Shown: positions 48,299 through 58,179 of the stretch, in pieces
Layout: each line of letters opens with the position of its first letter
How positions within the stretch are numbered: position 1 is the first letter of the stretch
Origin: Gemmatimonadota bacterium
Lineage (GTDB): Bacteria > Gemmatimonadota > Gemmatimonadetes > Palauibacterales > Palauibacteraceae
NCBI GenBank assembly: GCA_963666735.1
Contig: OY762926.1
Location: forward strand, 1,952,001-2,016,000
Length of the DNA stretch: 64,000 bases
Reading direction: 5' to 3'
Notes under the pieces: generated by a model
Databases searched by the model: none
What the model saw: the letters and a program-made list of their open reading frames with translations, nothing else
Told to the model about the DNA's origin: nothing
Program-made: the position numbers and the translations under genes

Positions 48299-49240
48299 AT
48301 GCGACGATCCCCGCCCGCCTTCCTGTTCCTGGCTCTTACCCCGGCGGCCTTCGCCCCGGCGGCCTCGGCCCAGACGAACCCGCTGTGGACGCAGGAGAAG
48401 GTGAAGAACTACCTGCCGCACATGACGGTGCCGGAGGTGCGGGACGTTCTCACGCGCAGCGACATGGTTCTGATCCCGGTCGCCTCGCTGGAACAGCACG
48501 GCAACCACCTTCCGATCGGCACCGACTACCTGAACGGGGTCGAGCAGGCGAAGCTCGTGGCCCAGCGGGCGGACGTCCTCGTGGCTCCGATCCTCCTGCC
48601 GGGCCAGTCCCCGTATCACATGGGGTTCGAGGGGACGATCACGCTGCCCTCGCCGCTCATCCAGGAGGTGTACGTCGAGGCCGTGAAGAGCCTCATCGCG
48701 CACGGGTTCAAGCGCTTCCTGATCATGAACGCGCACGGCGGGAACCGGGCCATCACGACGTTCATCGTGGACCGCATCAACCAGGAGACGGCGGGCATCG
48801 CCGTGGATCTCGGCGCCGTGTCGGGGCCGTTCCGCGACCGGAACCGGATGGCCTCCGTCCCGAGGCCGCCGCCGGACGAACTCGACCGGCACGGGGGGAC
48901 GCCCGAGACATCGAGTTCGCTCTACCTCATGCCGACGCTGGTGGACATGGATGCGGCGGTTCCGGCGGAGGTCGCGATGCCGGCCCACCTGGAGGCGATG
49001 CTTCCCGACGTGCTGGCCGGCGACCCGACGGCGCTCGCCGTGTTCCTCGCCGAAGGGCTCAAGGACGAGTCCACGGGCAAGGGCACCTCCTCCGCCGAGA
49101 TGTCATCCACCGGCGTGTGGGGGACGCGCGATCCGGCCGAGGCGACGCTCGAACGGGGCCGGATCGCGACGGAGGTGTTCGTCGACGCCGCGGTCGCCTT
49201 CATCGAACGCTGGAACGAGCTCCGCCCCCCCGGCTCCTGA
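48299..49240 (+). CDS. Creatininase-family amidohydrolase with signal peptide
   Basis: SLEQHGNHLPIGTD, HMGFEGTITL, NAHGGN, HGGTPETS, GVWG. Confidence 0.85.
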   Translation: MRRSPPAFLFLALTPAAFAPAASAQTNPLWTQEKVKNYLPHMTVPEVRDVLTRSDMVLIPVASLEQHGNHLPIGTDYLNGVEQAKLVAQRADVLVAPILLPGQSPYHMGFEGTITLPSPLIQEVYVEAVKSLIAHGFKRFLIMNAHGGNRAITTFIVDRINQETAGIAVDLGAVSGPFRDRNRMASVPRPPPDELDRHGGTPETSSSLYLMPTLVDMDAAVPAEVAMPAHLEAMLPDVLAGDPTALAVFLAEGLKDESTGKGTSSAEMSSTGVWGTRDPAEATLERGRIATEVFVDAAVAFIERWNELRPPGS

Positions 49241-49274
49241 ACCGATCGGCCGCGGCCAGAACCCCGCCCCGCTG

Positions 49275-50429
49275 TCAGTCCAGGCCCTCGGCGCATGCGC
49301 GTTGCAGCCCCACGGCTTCGACGCGCTCGTGCAGGCGAAACCGGTCGCGGCCCGGGAAGAGGACGAAGATACGGTCGAGCCCGAGGTCGGCCAGCGCCGA
49401 GTGCATGGACCGCGTCATCTTCGGGACGCTGGTCCGCTTGAACTCCACACCGATCCGACGCCCCCCGCTGGATACGAACAGGTCGAGCTCAGCCCCCCGA
49501 TGGGTCGCCCAGTGGTAACAATTCTCCCAGTCGGCAGAGAGAACGCGGACCGCTTCTCTCATGGCGAACCCTTCCCAGGAGGCGCCGGATTTCGGGTGGC
49601 CGAGGAGGGCGGACCTGGTATCGAGCGTCAGCAACGTGTGAAGCAATCCTGTATCGGTCAGGTAGATTTTGGGGGCCTTGACCTGCCGTTTCCCGAGATT
49701 CTCGAACCACGGCGTCAGCTTTCTCACCATAAGGGCATCGACCATCGAATCCAGGTAGGCATTGGCGGTCGGTGCGCTAACGCCCATGGAACGCGCAACC
49801 TCGGCCGCATTCCAGCGGTTCCCGTGATAGTGCGCCACCATGGTCCAGAAACGCCGCATCGTCGTCGCGGGCACCCGCACGCCGAGTTGCGGCAGGTCCC
49901 GCTCGAGAAAGGTGCGGACGAACGACTTTCGCCATTGTGCGGAATCCGCTTCGTCAGCGGCGAGAAACGAGTGTGGAAAGCCACCTCGGGACCAGAGCCG
50001 CTCGATGGATTCCGGACCCACGTCGTCCGCGCCGAACGGAGGTAGCTCGTGGTAGGCGATTCGGCCCGCGAGGGACTCGGATGATTGCCGAAGCAGGTCC
50101 GGTCCCGCGCTCCCGAGAACCAGGAACCGGGCCGGGTTGGAAGGCCGGTCGACGAGCACCCGAAGCAGCCGGAAGAGTCCTTCGCTGTGCTGAACTTCGT
50201 CGATGACCACGAGTCCGCTCAGAGATGCGAGGGCGAGCTTGGGATCCGCGAGGCTCGCCAGGTCCGTCGGATCCTCGAGGTCGAAGATCGTCACCGGACC
50301 CCGTTCCCGAGCTGCCAGGCCGCGGGCGAGCGTCGTTTTTCCAACCTGTCGCGCGCCCACGAGCCCTACCACCGGAAACTGCCTGAGGAAACGTCGAACG
50401 GCCGCCTCGTGATGTGGACGTGGAATCAT
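49275..50429 (-). CDS. AAA_14 ATP-binding protein with DUF4143-like C-terminus
   Basis: GARQVGKTT, IDEVQ, LGSA, ESLAGR, GGFP, KAPKIYLTDTG, WEG, ELDL..EFK. Confidence 0.88.
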   Translation of the reverse strand: MIPRPHHEAAVRRFLRQFPVVGLVGARQVGKTTLARGLAARERGPVTIFDLEDPTDLASLADPKLALASLSGLVVIDEVQHSEGLFRLLRVLVDRPSNPARFLVLGSAGPDLLRQSSESLAGRIAYHELPPFGADDVGPESIERLWSRGGFPHSFLAADEADSAQWRKSFVRTFLERDLPQLGVRVPATTMRRFWTMVAHYHGNRWNAAEVARSMGVSAPTANAYLDSMVDALMVRKLTPWFENLGKRQVKAPKIYLTDTGLLHTLLTLDTRSALLGHPKSGASWEGFAMREAVRVLSADWENCYHWATHRGAELDLFVSSGGRRIGVEFKRTSVPKMTRSMHSALADLGLDRIFVLFPGRDRFRLHERVEAVGLQRACAEGLD

Positions 50430-50444
50430 GCAAGACAATTTGAA

Positions 50445-50481
50445 TGGTGAAAATCATAAGCGCAACTTTTGATTTTCACCA
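50445..50481. promoter_or_regulatory. Perfect 12-bp inverted repeat upstream of the AAA_14 gene
   Basis: TGGTGAAAATCA-N13-TGATTTTCACCA in an AT-rich patch. Confidence 0.75.
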
Positions 50482-50498
50482 ACATCCCGCGGGCGCGT

Positions 50499-50942
50499 TC
50501 ACCGCGCGTGGCGACGAACCCCGCGGAAGTCGGGAAGGGTGAGGAGGAAGATTCCGAGGGTGATGGCGGCGCTCCCCACGCACCAGCGGCAGATGGCGTG
50601 GATGACCCAGAGTTCGAGCGCCGTCAGGTAGATCGTGAAAGCGAGTCCGCCCAGCGCGAGCAAGGCCAGCGCGCGCCCAATCCAGCGGGCCCGGCCGACG
50701 CCGTCCCGAGTCGCCAGCATCGAGAGGCCGAACACGGCCACGTACCAGCCCACGCCCCAGCCCGCCACCGGAAATCCGAGGAAACGGGCCCAGCGCGATC
50801 CCTGCACGAGGTCGCAGCCGCCGCCCGCGCCGCACGCGAGTTCGCCGTAGTAGCCGAGCGCGTAGAGGAAGAGGTAGGTGGAGAGAAAAAAGCCGGCCAG
50901 CGCCAGGAGCGCGATCCCCCGGCGCCGGTTCAACTCACTCAT
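50499..50942 (-). CDS. Vitamin K epoxide reductase (VKOR) family protein
   Basis: CGAGGGCDLVQGSRW, GFPVA, ELWVIHAICRWC. Confidence 0.9.
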   Translation of the reverse strand: MSELNRRRGIALLALAGFFLSTYLFLYALGYYGELACGAGGGCDLVQGSRWARFLGFPVAGWGVGWYVAVFGLSMLATRDGVGRARWIGRALALLALGGLAFTIYLTALELWVIHAICRWCVGSAAITLGIFLLTLPDFRGVRRHAR

Positions 50943-50945
50943 GGG

Positions 50946-51722
50946 TTACGGTGCTCCCTGGCCGCTCTCCGAAGCATCGCCCCCGGCGGAGAGCGCCTCG
51001 AGCCGGGCCTGGATGAGACCCTCGATGTGGCTGTAGGGCTCCACGCCCGCGAGGTCCACCCGCACGCCGTCGACGAAGAGCGTGGGCGTGGAGTTCACCC
51101 CGCGCGACACGCCGACCTGGTGCGACTTGGCGATGTCCTCGAGGGGGCGGCGCTCGCGCATGCACGCGTTCCAGGCATCGGCATCGACGCCGGCCTGACT
51201 CGCGATCTCCGCGATGGCGCCGCCCGGGTCGGCGAGCTGATACCAGCGCGTCTGACGAGCGAGGATGAGATCGTGCACCGGCCAGTAGAGTCCCTGCTCA
51301 CCCGCGCAGCGCGCGGCCAGTGAGGCCGCGACGGAGTTGGGAAAACCGACCATGTAGTCGTACGAGACCCAGCGCACGGGAGCGTTCACGGTCTCGACGT
51401 AGTTCTGGCGCAGCAGCTTGCCGGCGAAGCCCGCGAAAGTCGCGCAGTGGGGGCAGGACGGGTCGTAGAACTCCTCGATCGTGATCGGCGCGGACTCGGG
51501 CCCGATCGCCACGCCGACGGACGGATCGGCCTCCGCCTCGGCCAGGACCTCGAGAAGGTCCGGGTGCGTCGCGGGCGGACCCGAGCCGCCCTGCCCGCCC
51601 CCGACGAAGAGCCAGTACCCGCCGGTGGCCACGATGACGGCCAGGGCGATCGGGAACCACTTGTTCGAGCGCGATGGAGGGTTTGTCTGCCGTGCCGTTT
51701 TCTGCGCCGTCTTCCGTGCCAT
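50946..51722 (-). CDS. Membrane-anchored DsbA-family thioredoxin
   Basis: TM anchor, GPESAPITIEEFYDPSCPHC, AARCAGEQG, GVNSTPT. Confidence 0.88.
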   Translation of the reverse strand: MARKTAQKTARQTNPPSRSNKWFPIALAVIVATGGYWLFVGGGQGGSGPPATHPDLLEVLAEAEADPSVGVAIGPESAPITIEEFYDPSCPHCATFAGFAGKLLRQNYVETVNAPVRWVSYDYMVGFPNSVAASLAARCAGEQGLYWPVHDLILARQTRWYQLADPGGAIAEIASQAGVDADAWNACMRERRPLEDIAKSHQVGVSRGVNSTPTLFVDGVRVDLAGVEPYSHIEGLIQARLEALSAGGDASESGQGAP

Positions 51723-51739
51723 CTTCCGTACTCTCCGTC

Positions 51740-53167
51740 CTAGATCAGATCCCGGGCCAGCCATGCCAGCGCCGCAGCGACAAAGAAGGTCACTATCGCG
51801 AGAATCGCCCATCGGCCCCGCTTCGACAAGCGTCGGGCGCGAAGGGCTGCCAGCGCCCTGAGGCCGGGGATCATGCGATCGGACCACAGGGCCCCGATTT
51901 CGAGGAGCGCCGCGGCGGCCGCGGACACGTACGCCCGGTCGAGCTTCGTCACCTCATTCGTCCAGGCCCGGACCGCCTCCTCGACGCTCGCCTCCTCCGC
52001 CTCGGGCGGGGCGAGATCGCGCGCGTGCAACTGCTGCAGGAGGAGCTGCTGCCGGGCCAGCGCGGCGTCGAACGCCGGGTCCAGGGCGCCAATGTACTTG
52101 GAAGTCGTCTCCCGCAAGGCGGGCTCGCCCGCGGCGGCCAGCGCCTTCTCGCCCTTGTCCCGGTCGAGACGCTTGGTTCTGACGACCGCCTGTACTTCGG
52201 CCGTGTACACGCGCACCAGCTCTTCCGTGACACCGCGAAACGCGGCGATCGCGTCCTGTCGCATCTGCTCCGCATCCATGGCCTGAACGGCGCCGACGAC
52301 GGAGTCGGCTTCGAGCGCCGCGGAGCGCCGCAGCATGAGGGGGCCCAGCGCGATCTCACCGAGCGTCCGGAAGTGTCGATCGAAGTAGCGCCGATCGAAG
52401 CTTTCGCCGATCGAGGGGTCGATCCGCACGCGGTCGACCGCCGCCTCGCACACCCGCTGGAGCGTGTCCGCCCCCACGGAGAAGTCCGGCAGGGGCGCCC
52501 GCAACGGGCGCGCGACTTCCCCCTTGCCGAACATCTCGAGGGCCTCATCGGTGTCCGGCGGCGCCGGGACGGTGCCGGCGACCTGCAGGACGGCGCGGAT
52601 TTCCTCCGGGAAGAGATAACGAATTCCGAAAGAGGCATCGCCCTTGCCGAGCTCGAGGACGGGGCGGCCATCTCCATGGGCGTCGCCATGAGCATCGTCG
52701 GTGGTCTCGACCGCGTGGTCGGTCGGCCAGCGCAGGGTATATTCGTGATCTTCGGCGAAGAGATGCAGCCCGCGCCTCGTAAACACCGCGAGGTAGAGAC
52801 CGCCGAGGGGCATCTCGCCGATCGTGCCGGCGATCTCGGTGCCGGCGGTGCACACGACGACGTCGGCGGCCAGTGGCCGGAGGAGGGACCGCCGGCCCGC
52901 CACATCGCTACCCCGTTCCACGCTGCGAGCGAAGTCCTCCAGGTCTCCGCTTTCCCCGAAGAAGGCGACGGTGTGCCGCCGGGCGAAGACGAGAACGAGG
53001 CCGGCCCGCCTCGAGACCCAGAAGACGGACGGGAGCGGTATCTGCCGGTCTTCGAAGTGAATCCCGGCCGACGTACAGACGACCGAGACCTGCGGCCGTA
53101 CGTGCTCGCCCGCCGGGCGGACGTCGAATCGATACGCCTTCGGGTCGCGTTTCGGGCTCTGGTTCAT
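51740..53167 (-). CDS. Hypothetical protein with C-terminal TM anchor
   Basis: 475-aa ORF overlapping the HAD gene stop; beta-rich N-terminus, helical C-terminus, terminal hydrophobic helix. Confidence 0.7.
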   Translation of the reverse strand: MNQSPKRDPKAYRFDVRPAGEHVRPQVSVVCTSAGIHFEDRQIPLPSVFWVSRRAGLVLVFARRHTVAFFGESGDLEDFARSVERGSDVAGRRSLLRPLAADVVVCTAGTEIAGTIGEMPLGGLYLAVFTRRGLHLFAEDHEYTLRWPTDHAVETTDDAHGDAHGDGRPVLELGKGDASFGIRYLFPEEIRAVLQVAGTVPAPPDTDEALEMFGKGEVARPLRAPLPDFSVGADTLQRVCEAAVDRVRIDPSIGESFDRRYFDRHFRTLGEIALGPLMLRRSAALEADSVVGAVQAMDAEQMRQDAIAAFRGVTEELVRVYTAEVQAVVRTKRLDRDKGEKALAAAGEPALRETTSKYIGALDPAFDAALARQQLLLQQLHARDLAPPEAEEASVEEAVRAWTNEVTKLDRAYVSAAAAALLEIGALWSDRMIPGLRALAALRARRLSKRGRWAILAIVTFFVAAALAWLARDLI

Positions 53168-53889
53168 GCGCTGGCCAGAGCCGACATCACGCGGCGGGTG
53201 TCCCCGAGAGAAGGAAGGGCTTCATCTGCGCCGGCCCGGCGCAGATCGTCCACGGAAAAGCGTCCGGTGGCCACGCCGAGCACGGACAGGCCGGACCCGC
53301 GGGCACACTCGATGTCGTGCGGGGTGTCCCCGATGATCCAGGTGCGGCCGGAGCCATACCGCGTGCCCGTATGGCGGAAGGCCCGCTCGAGCGCGATGGG
53401 CGGCAGGCGGTTCCGGTCCGCGTCGTCGCAGCCGAAGGCGCCGAACGAAAAGCGGCGCCAGAGCCCCACCGCCGAGAGCTTGCCCTCGGCGCCGGCGACA
53501 ATGTTGCCCGTCAGAAGCCCGAGCGCCGCCCCCTCCGCCTCGAGCGCATCGAGGATCTCGAGCACGCCTGGCGTCGGACGCATCCGTTCCCGCCGCTCGT
53601 CGATCTCGTCCGCCAGCCGGGCCGCGTATGCGGGCCACAGCCGGTCGAACCCCGGGGCGATCTCGGCCTCGGAGAGGCCCTCGGCGCGGAGGAGCGTACG
53701 CACGATCTGCGGGTCCGTCATCCCGTCGAAGGGGAGATCGTCGATGGGACCGGGCGTCCCATACACCTCGATCATCGCGTCCTCGATGGCCGCGCGGCCG
53801 ACCCCCGCCGCGTGCACCAGCGTTCCGTCGATGTCGAACAGCACGAGCTCGGCGGTTCGTCCGGAAGCCCCTGCCCCGTTGGAAACCAT
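53164..53889 (-). CDS. HAD-family hydrolase
   Basis: LFDIDGTL, GMTD, LLTGN, GAFG, IGDTPHD. Confidence 0.9.
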   Translation of the reverse strand: MVSNGAGASGRTAELVLFDIDGTLVHAAGVGRAAIEDAMIEVYGTPGPIDDLPFDGMTDPQIVRTLLRAEGLSEAEIAPGFDRLWPAYAARLADEIDERRERMRPTPGVLEILDALEAEGAALGLLTGNIVAGAEGKLSAVGLWRRFSFGAFGCDDADRNRLPPIALERAFRHTGTRYGSGRTWIIGDTPHDIECARGSGLSVLGVATGRFSVDDLRRAGADEALPSLGDTRRVMSALASA

Positions 53890-54887
53890 CAACCGCCGAT
53901 CCAGTCCGCGAGGAGCGCGGGCTCGATGTTGCCGCCCGACAGGATCGCCACGATCTCCCCGCGCGCCGGGGGCGTCACCGCGCCGCTGAGCAGCGCCGCC
54001 ACCGTGGCCGCTCCGGAGGGCTCCACCACGAGCCTCAGGCCGAAGAGCCAGCGCACGGCGTCCCGGATCGCCTCGTCGTCGACCGTGATGACGCGATCCA
54101 CCAGATCGCGGCAATGGGCGAAGGTGAGGTCGCCGGGGCGCACCGGCTTGAGGCCGTCGGCGACCGTGGACACGCGGTCGAGCGTGACGGGCGCGCCGTG
54201 CTCGAGCGAGCGCTGCATCGAGGCCGCCCCCGCGGGTTCGACGCCGATCACCGCGGCCTCCGGGCACCGGCGCCGCACTGCGGCCGCGACGCCCGACAGT
54301 TGCCCGCCGCCGCCGATCGGAGCCAGCACCAACCCCGGTTCCCGAGAGCCGAGTTGCTCGATGATCTCGAGCGCCACGGTCCCCTGCCCCGCGATGATGT
54401 CCGGGTCGTCGAACGGCGGCACCATCGTTCCGCCGAGTTCCCGTTGAATCTGCTCGGCGCGCGCCTTGCGCTCGGCTGACGTTGTACCCTCGAGTTCGAC
54501 CTCCGCCCCGAGGGCGATGGTCGCCTCGCGCTTCACGTCGGGCGCATCGACCGGCATCACGATCCGCGCCTGCACGCCGAACGCCCGGGCGGTCCACGCC
54601 ACGGCCTGCGCGTGATTGCCGGACGAGTAGGTGAGGAGCCCGGCCGCCCGCTCTTCCGGCGAGAGGCGGCTCACGTAGTGGTACGCGCCGCGCGCCTTGA
54701 AGGCCGAGACGCGCTGGAGGTTCTCGCACTTCAGCCATACGCCGTCCGGCGCATCGGTCGCTCCACGCCCGCCCGCTTGCGGGAACGGGGCGGGGATCAG
54801 CGGCGTGCGCCGCACCGCTCCGCGAATCCGCTCGTGCGCGGCCTCGACGTCGGCGAGCGACACCAGGGTCGCGGTCGTGCTGCTCAC
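53889..54887 (-). CDS. Threonine/serine dehydratase (PLP fold II)
   Basis: [47 protein letters not shown]. Confidence 0.9.
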   Translation of the reverse strand: MSSTTATLVSLADVEAAHERIRGAVRRTPLIPAPFPQAGGRGATDAPDGVWLKCENLQRVSAFKARGAYHYVSRLSPEERAAGLLTYSSGNHAQAVAWTARAFGVQARIVMPVDAPDVKREATIALGAEVELEGTTSAERKARAEQIQRELGGTMVPPFDDPDIIAGQGTVALEIIEQLGSREPGLVLAPIGGGGQLSGVAAAVRRRCPEAAVIGVEPAGAASMQRSLEHGAPVTLDRVSTVADGLKPVRPGDLTFAHCRDLVDRVITVDDEAIRDAVRWLFGLRLVVEPSGAATVAALLSGAVTPPARGEIVAILSGGNIEPALLADWIGG

Positions 54888-57427
54888 CTGGCGTCCGCGT
54901 TGGCCCCGTTGGCGCCGGCGTCCGCGCTGGCTTCGGCCTCGCCCTCCGCATCGGCGAGAGCGTCGGCGTCGGTACCATCGTCCGGCGCCGGATCCGTCCC
55001 GATCGGATCGATCAGACTCGCGACATCCACGAGTTCGTCACCCTCGTCGAGGGAAACGAGCCGCACGCCCTGCGTGTTCCGTCCGATCACGCGGATTCCC
55101 TCGGCCGACTGCCGGTTGATGACGCCGTTGCGGGTCACGAACATGAGTTCGTCGTCGTCCGTTACCTCGCGCGTCGCCGCTACCTGACCGGACGTCGCCG
55201 TCACCTTCAGGTTTATCACACCCTGTCCGCCGCGTCGCGTCTTTCGATAGTCGTCCACGTCGCTTCGCTTACCGATGCCCTGGTCCGTCGCGGTCAACAG
55301 CGAGCCGCCACGCCGCGCGACCACCATCCCCACGACGGTGTCCTCCTCCTTGAGCCTGATGCCGCGCACACCCTGTGCGACACGTCCAACCTCCCGCACG
55401 TCTCCCTCGGAGAACCGGATCGCCCTCCCGCGCCGCGTAGCGAGCAGCACGTCGTTCGAGCCGTCGCTCAACTTCACATCGATGAGCCGGTCATCCTCGA
55501 GGATGTTGATGGCGCGCAGACCCGGCGCGCGCACATTCCGATACGCGGCGAGGCTTGTCTTCTTCACGAGGCCCCGGCGGGTGGCGAAGATGAGGAAGCG
55601 GTCGGCGGAAAACTCTCGCGCCCTGACGATGGAGGCGATTTTCTCGCCCTTCGCCATACTCAGCAGGTTCACGATCGGTTTTCCGCGCGCCGTCCGGCGT
55701 GCGAGCGGGATCTGGTACACTTTGAGCCAGTACATGCGGCCCGCGGTCGTGAAGATGAGGAGATAGTCGTGGGTCGAGGCGAGGAAGAGGTGCTCCACCC
55801 AGTCCTTTTCCTTGGTGCCCATGCCGGCGATCCCGCGCCCGCCGCGGCGCTGCGCCCGGTAGACCTGGGGCTCGATGCGCTTGATGTAGCCGGAGTGCGA
55901 GACGGTGATGACCATCCGCTCTTCGGCGATGAGATCCTCATCCGTGAGGTCCGACGTGTCGGGCACGATCTCGGTCCGGCGCTCGTCGCCGAACTTGCCG
56001 ACGAGGGTGGACAACTCGTCTCCGACGATCTCCATCCGCCGGCCGCGCGACGCGAGGATGGCCTCGAGTTCCTGCCGGCGCGCGCGAACCCTTTCCAGTT
56101 CCTCCTCGAGTTTCTCGATCTCGAGACCCGTGAGCCGCGCGAGCCGCATGTTCAGGATGGCGTCGGCCTGGCGCTCGCTGAGATCGAAGGCGGACCGGAG
56201 TTCCTCCCGCGCGACCTCGGTCTCGGGGGAGGCGCGGATGATGCGGATGACCTCATCGATGTGGTCGACCGCGACCTTGAGCCCCTCGAGGACGTGTTCC
56301 CGGTCCTTCGCCACGCCGTACTCGAAGCGCGTCCGCCGTTCCACGACCTCGTGCCGGTGCTCGAGGAAGTGCCGGAGCATCGTCTTGAGATCCATCACCT
56401 GCGGCTCGCCGTTGACGAGCGCGAGCATGATGACGCCGAACGTGGATTGAAGCTGCGTGCCCTTGAAGAGCTGGTTCAGGACGATCTGCGGCACCGCATC
56501 GCGTTTCAGTTCGATGACGACCCGGATCCCGTCGCGGTCGGACTCGTCGCGGAGGTCGGAGATGTCCGTGACCCGCTTGTCGCGCACCAGACCCGCGATC
56601 TGCTCGATGAGGCGGGTCTTGTTCACCATGAAGGGGATCTCGCGGACGATGATCCGGTCGCGGCCGTCCCGCCCCTCCTCGATGTGGGCCTTCGCGCGCA
56701 TCACGACCCGGCCGCGGCCCAGCCGGTAGGCTTCGCGGATCCCGGCGCCGCCGAAGATCGTGCCCCCGGTGGGGAAGTCGGGCCCCCGGATGATCTCCAT
56801 CAACTCGTCGAGCGTCGTGTCGGGCGCCTCGATGAGGCGGTGACAGGCGGCGGCCACCTCACGGAGATTGTGCGGGGGGATGTTCGTGGCCATGCCCACC
56901 GCGATCCCCGACGAGCCGTTGACGAGGAGGTTGGGCAGCGCGGAGGGCAGGACGGTCGGTTCCCGCAGCCGATCGTCGAAGTTCGGCGTGTGATCGACGG
57001 TGTCCTTGTCGATGTCACCCAGAAGCTCGCTCGCGAATCCGGCGAGCCGGGCCTCGGTATACCGGTAGGCCGCGGCGGAGTCGCCGTCCACGGACCCGAA
57101 GTTGCCCTGCCCGTCGACGAGCGGATAGCGGAGCGAAAACTCCTGAGCCATCCGGACGAGCGAATCGTAGACGGCCAAATCGCCGTGCGGGTGGTATTTC
57201 CCGATCACGTCGCCGACGACGGTGGCGCTCTTTCTGTAGGGTCGGGTCGGGCCGAGTCCGGCCTCGTGCATCGCGTACAGGATCCGCCGGTGGACCGGCT
57301 TCAGACCGTCGCGAACGTCGGGCAGGGCCCGCTGTACGATGACGCTCATCGAGTAGTCGATGAACGATTCGCGCATCTCTTCTTCGAGCGGTCGCTGCTC
57401 GACGCGTTCTATGCTCTCGGTAGTCAT
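54884..57427 (-). CDS. gyrA: DNA gyrase subunit A
   Basis: [40 protein letters not shown], GyrA box QRRGGRG. Confidence 0.97.
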   Translation of the reverse strand: MTTESIERVEQRPLEEEMRESFIDYSMSVIVQRALPDVRDGLKPVHRRILYAMHEAGLGPTRPYRKSATVVGDVIGKYHPHGDLAVYDSLVRMAQEFSLRYPLVDGQGNFGSVDGDSAAAYRYTEARLAGFASELLGDIDKDTVDHTPNFDDRLREPTVLPSALPNLLVNGSSGIAVGMATNIPPHNLREVAAACHRLIEAPDTTLDELMEIIRGPDFPTGGTIFGGAGIREAYRLGRGRVVMRAKAHIEEGRDGRDRIIVREIPFMVNKTRLIEQIAGLVRDKRVTDISDLRDESDRDGIRVVIELKRDAVPQIVLNQLFKGTQLQSTFGVIMLALVNGEPQVMDLKTMLRHFLEHRHEVVERRTRFEYGVAKDREHVLEGLKVAVDHIDEVIRIIRASPETEVAREELRSAFDLSERQADAILNMRLARLTGLEIEKLEEELERVRARRQELEAILASRGRRMEIVGDELSTLVGKFGDERRTEIVPDTSDLTDEDLIAEERMVITVSHSGYIKRIEPQVYRAQRRGGRGIAGMGTKEKDWVEHLFLASTHDYLLIFTTAGRMYWLKVYQIPLARRTARGKPIVNLLSMAKGEKIASIVRAREFSADRFLIFATRRGLVKKTSLAAYRNVRAPGLRAINILEDDRLIDVKLSDGSNDVLLATRRGRAIRFSEGDVREVGRVAQGVRGIRLKEEDTVVGMVVARRGGSLLTATDQGIGKRSDVDDYRKTRRGGQGVINLKVTATSGQVAATREVTDDDELMFVTRNGVINRQSAEGIRVIGRNTQGVRLVSLDEGDELVDVASLIDPIGTDPAPDDGTDADALADAEGEAEASADAGANGANADAR

Positions 57428-57520
57428 GGATTCCCGCTGGAACTGGCGTTTTCGAGATCCTCGAGGACTGGGCGGCCCACGGCAGCTCCGGGGGAGCCCG
57501 GCCGCACTCGGTGAGACCCC

Positions 57521-58153
57521 CTAATCTACCGGATTTCGGGGCATTCCGCGACTTTCCAGACGCCGCTCGACCCCACCGGGACCGGCGTTCACGATCGGGG
57601 TGTCGCCGGCCCGGGAGCGGACGCCCCACGAGCCGTGGATGTGGCCGCAGACGACGAGGCGGGGGCGGGTCCGTTCGATGGTTTCGAGGACGGCTGTACT
57701 GCCCATGTGTCGACCCGACGCGTCGGCGTCCGCGTGGCCGAGCGGAGGGGAGTGGGACACGAGCACGGCTCGCTCGGGGCACGGGGCGAGGAGGTCCCGG
57801 GCTTCGTCTTCCGTGAAGTCGTAGCTCCAGGAGCCGAAGGGCGTCACCGGCACCCCGCCGCCGATCCCGAAGAAGGGCACGCCGCCGATGTCGACGCCCG
57901 TTCCGTGCAGGACGCGAGCCGCCGGCCAGCCGCGGCACGCCTCGGAAAGCTCGCCGGCGGACTCGCCGTTCCCGGGGACGAGGACGGTGGGGGTCTCGAT
58001 CCCGGCCAGGACTTCGACGATCCCGGCCAGGCCGCGCCGCTTCACCGCGAAATCGCCGGCCCCGACGACCGCGTCGAAGTCGGCCGCCCGCTCCACGATC
58101 GACGCCGCGGCCGCGAGATCGGCGTGAAGGTCGCTGAACAGAAGGAGACGCAT
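57521..58153 (-). CDS. Metallophosphoesterase (Icc-like)
   Basis: SDLH, AGD, PGN, SHSPP, CGHIH, NAG. Confidence 0.88.
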   Translation of the reverse strand: MRLLLFSDLHADLAAAASIVERAADFDAVVGAGDFAVKRRGLAGIVEVLAGIETPTVLVPGNGESAGELSEACRGWPAARVLHGTGVDIGGVPFFGIGGGVPVTPFGSWSYDFTEDEARDLLAPCPERAVLVSHSPPLGHADADASGRHMGSTAVLETIERTRPRLVVCGHIHGSWGVRSRAGDTPIVNAGPGGVERRLESRGMPRNPVD

Positions 58154-58179
58154 GGCGAGTCGCTCCGTAGTTTGGGGAC

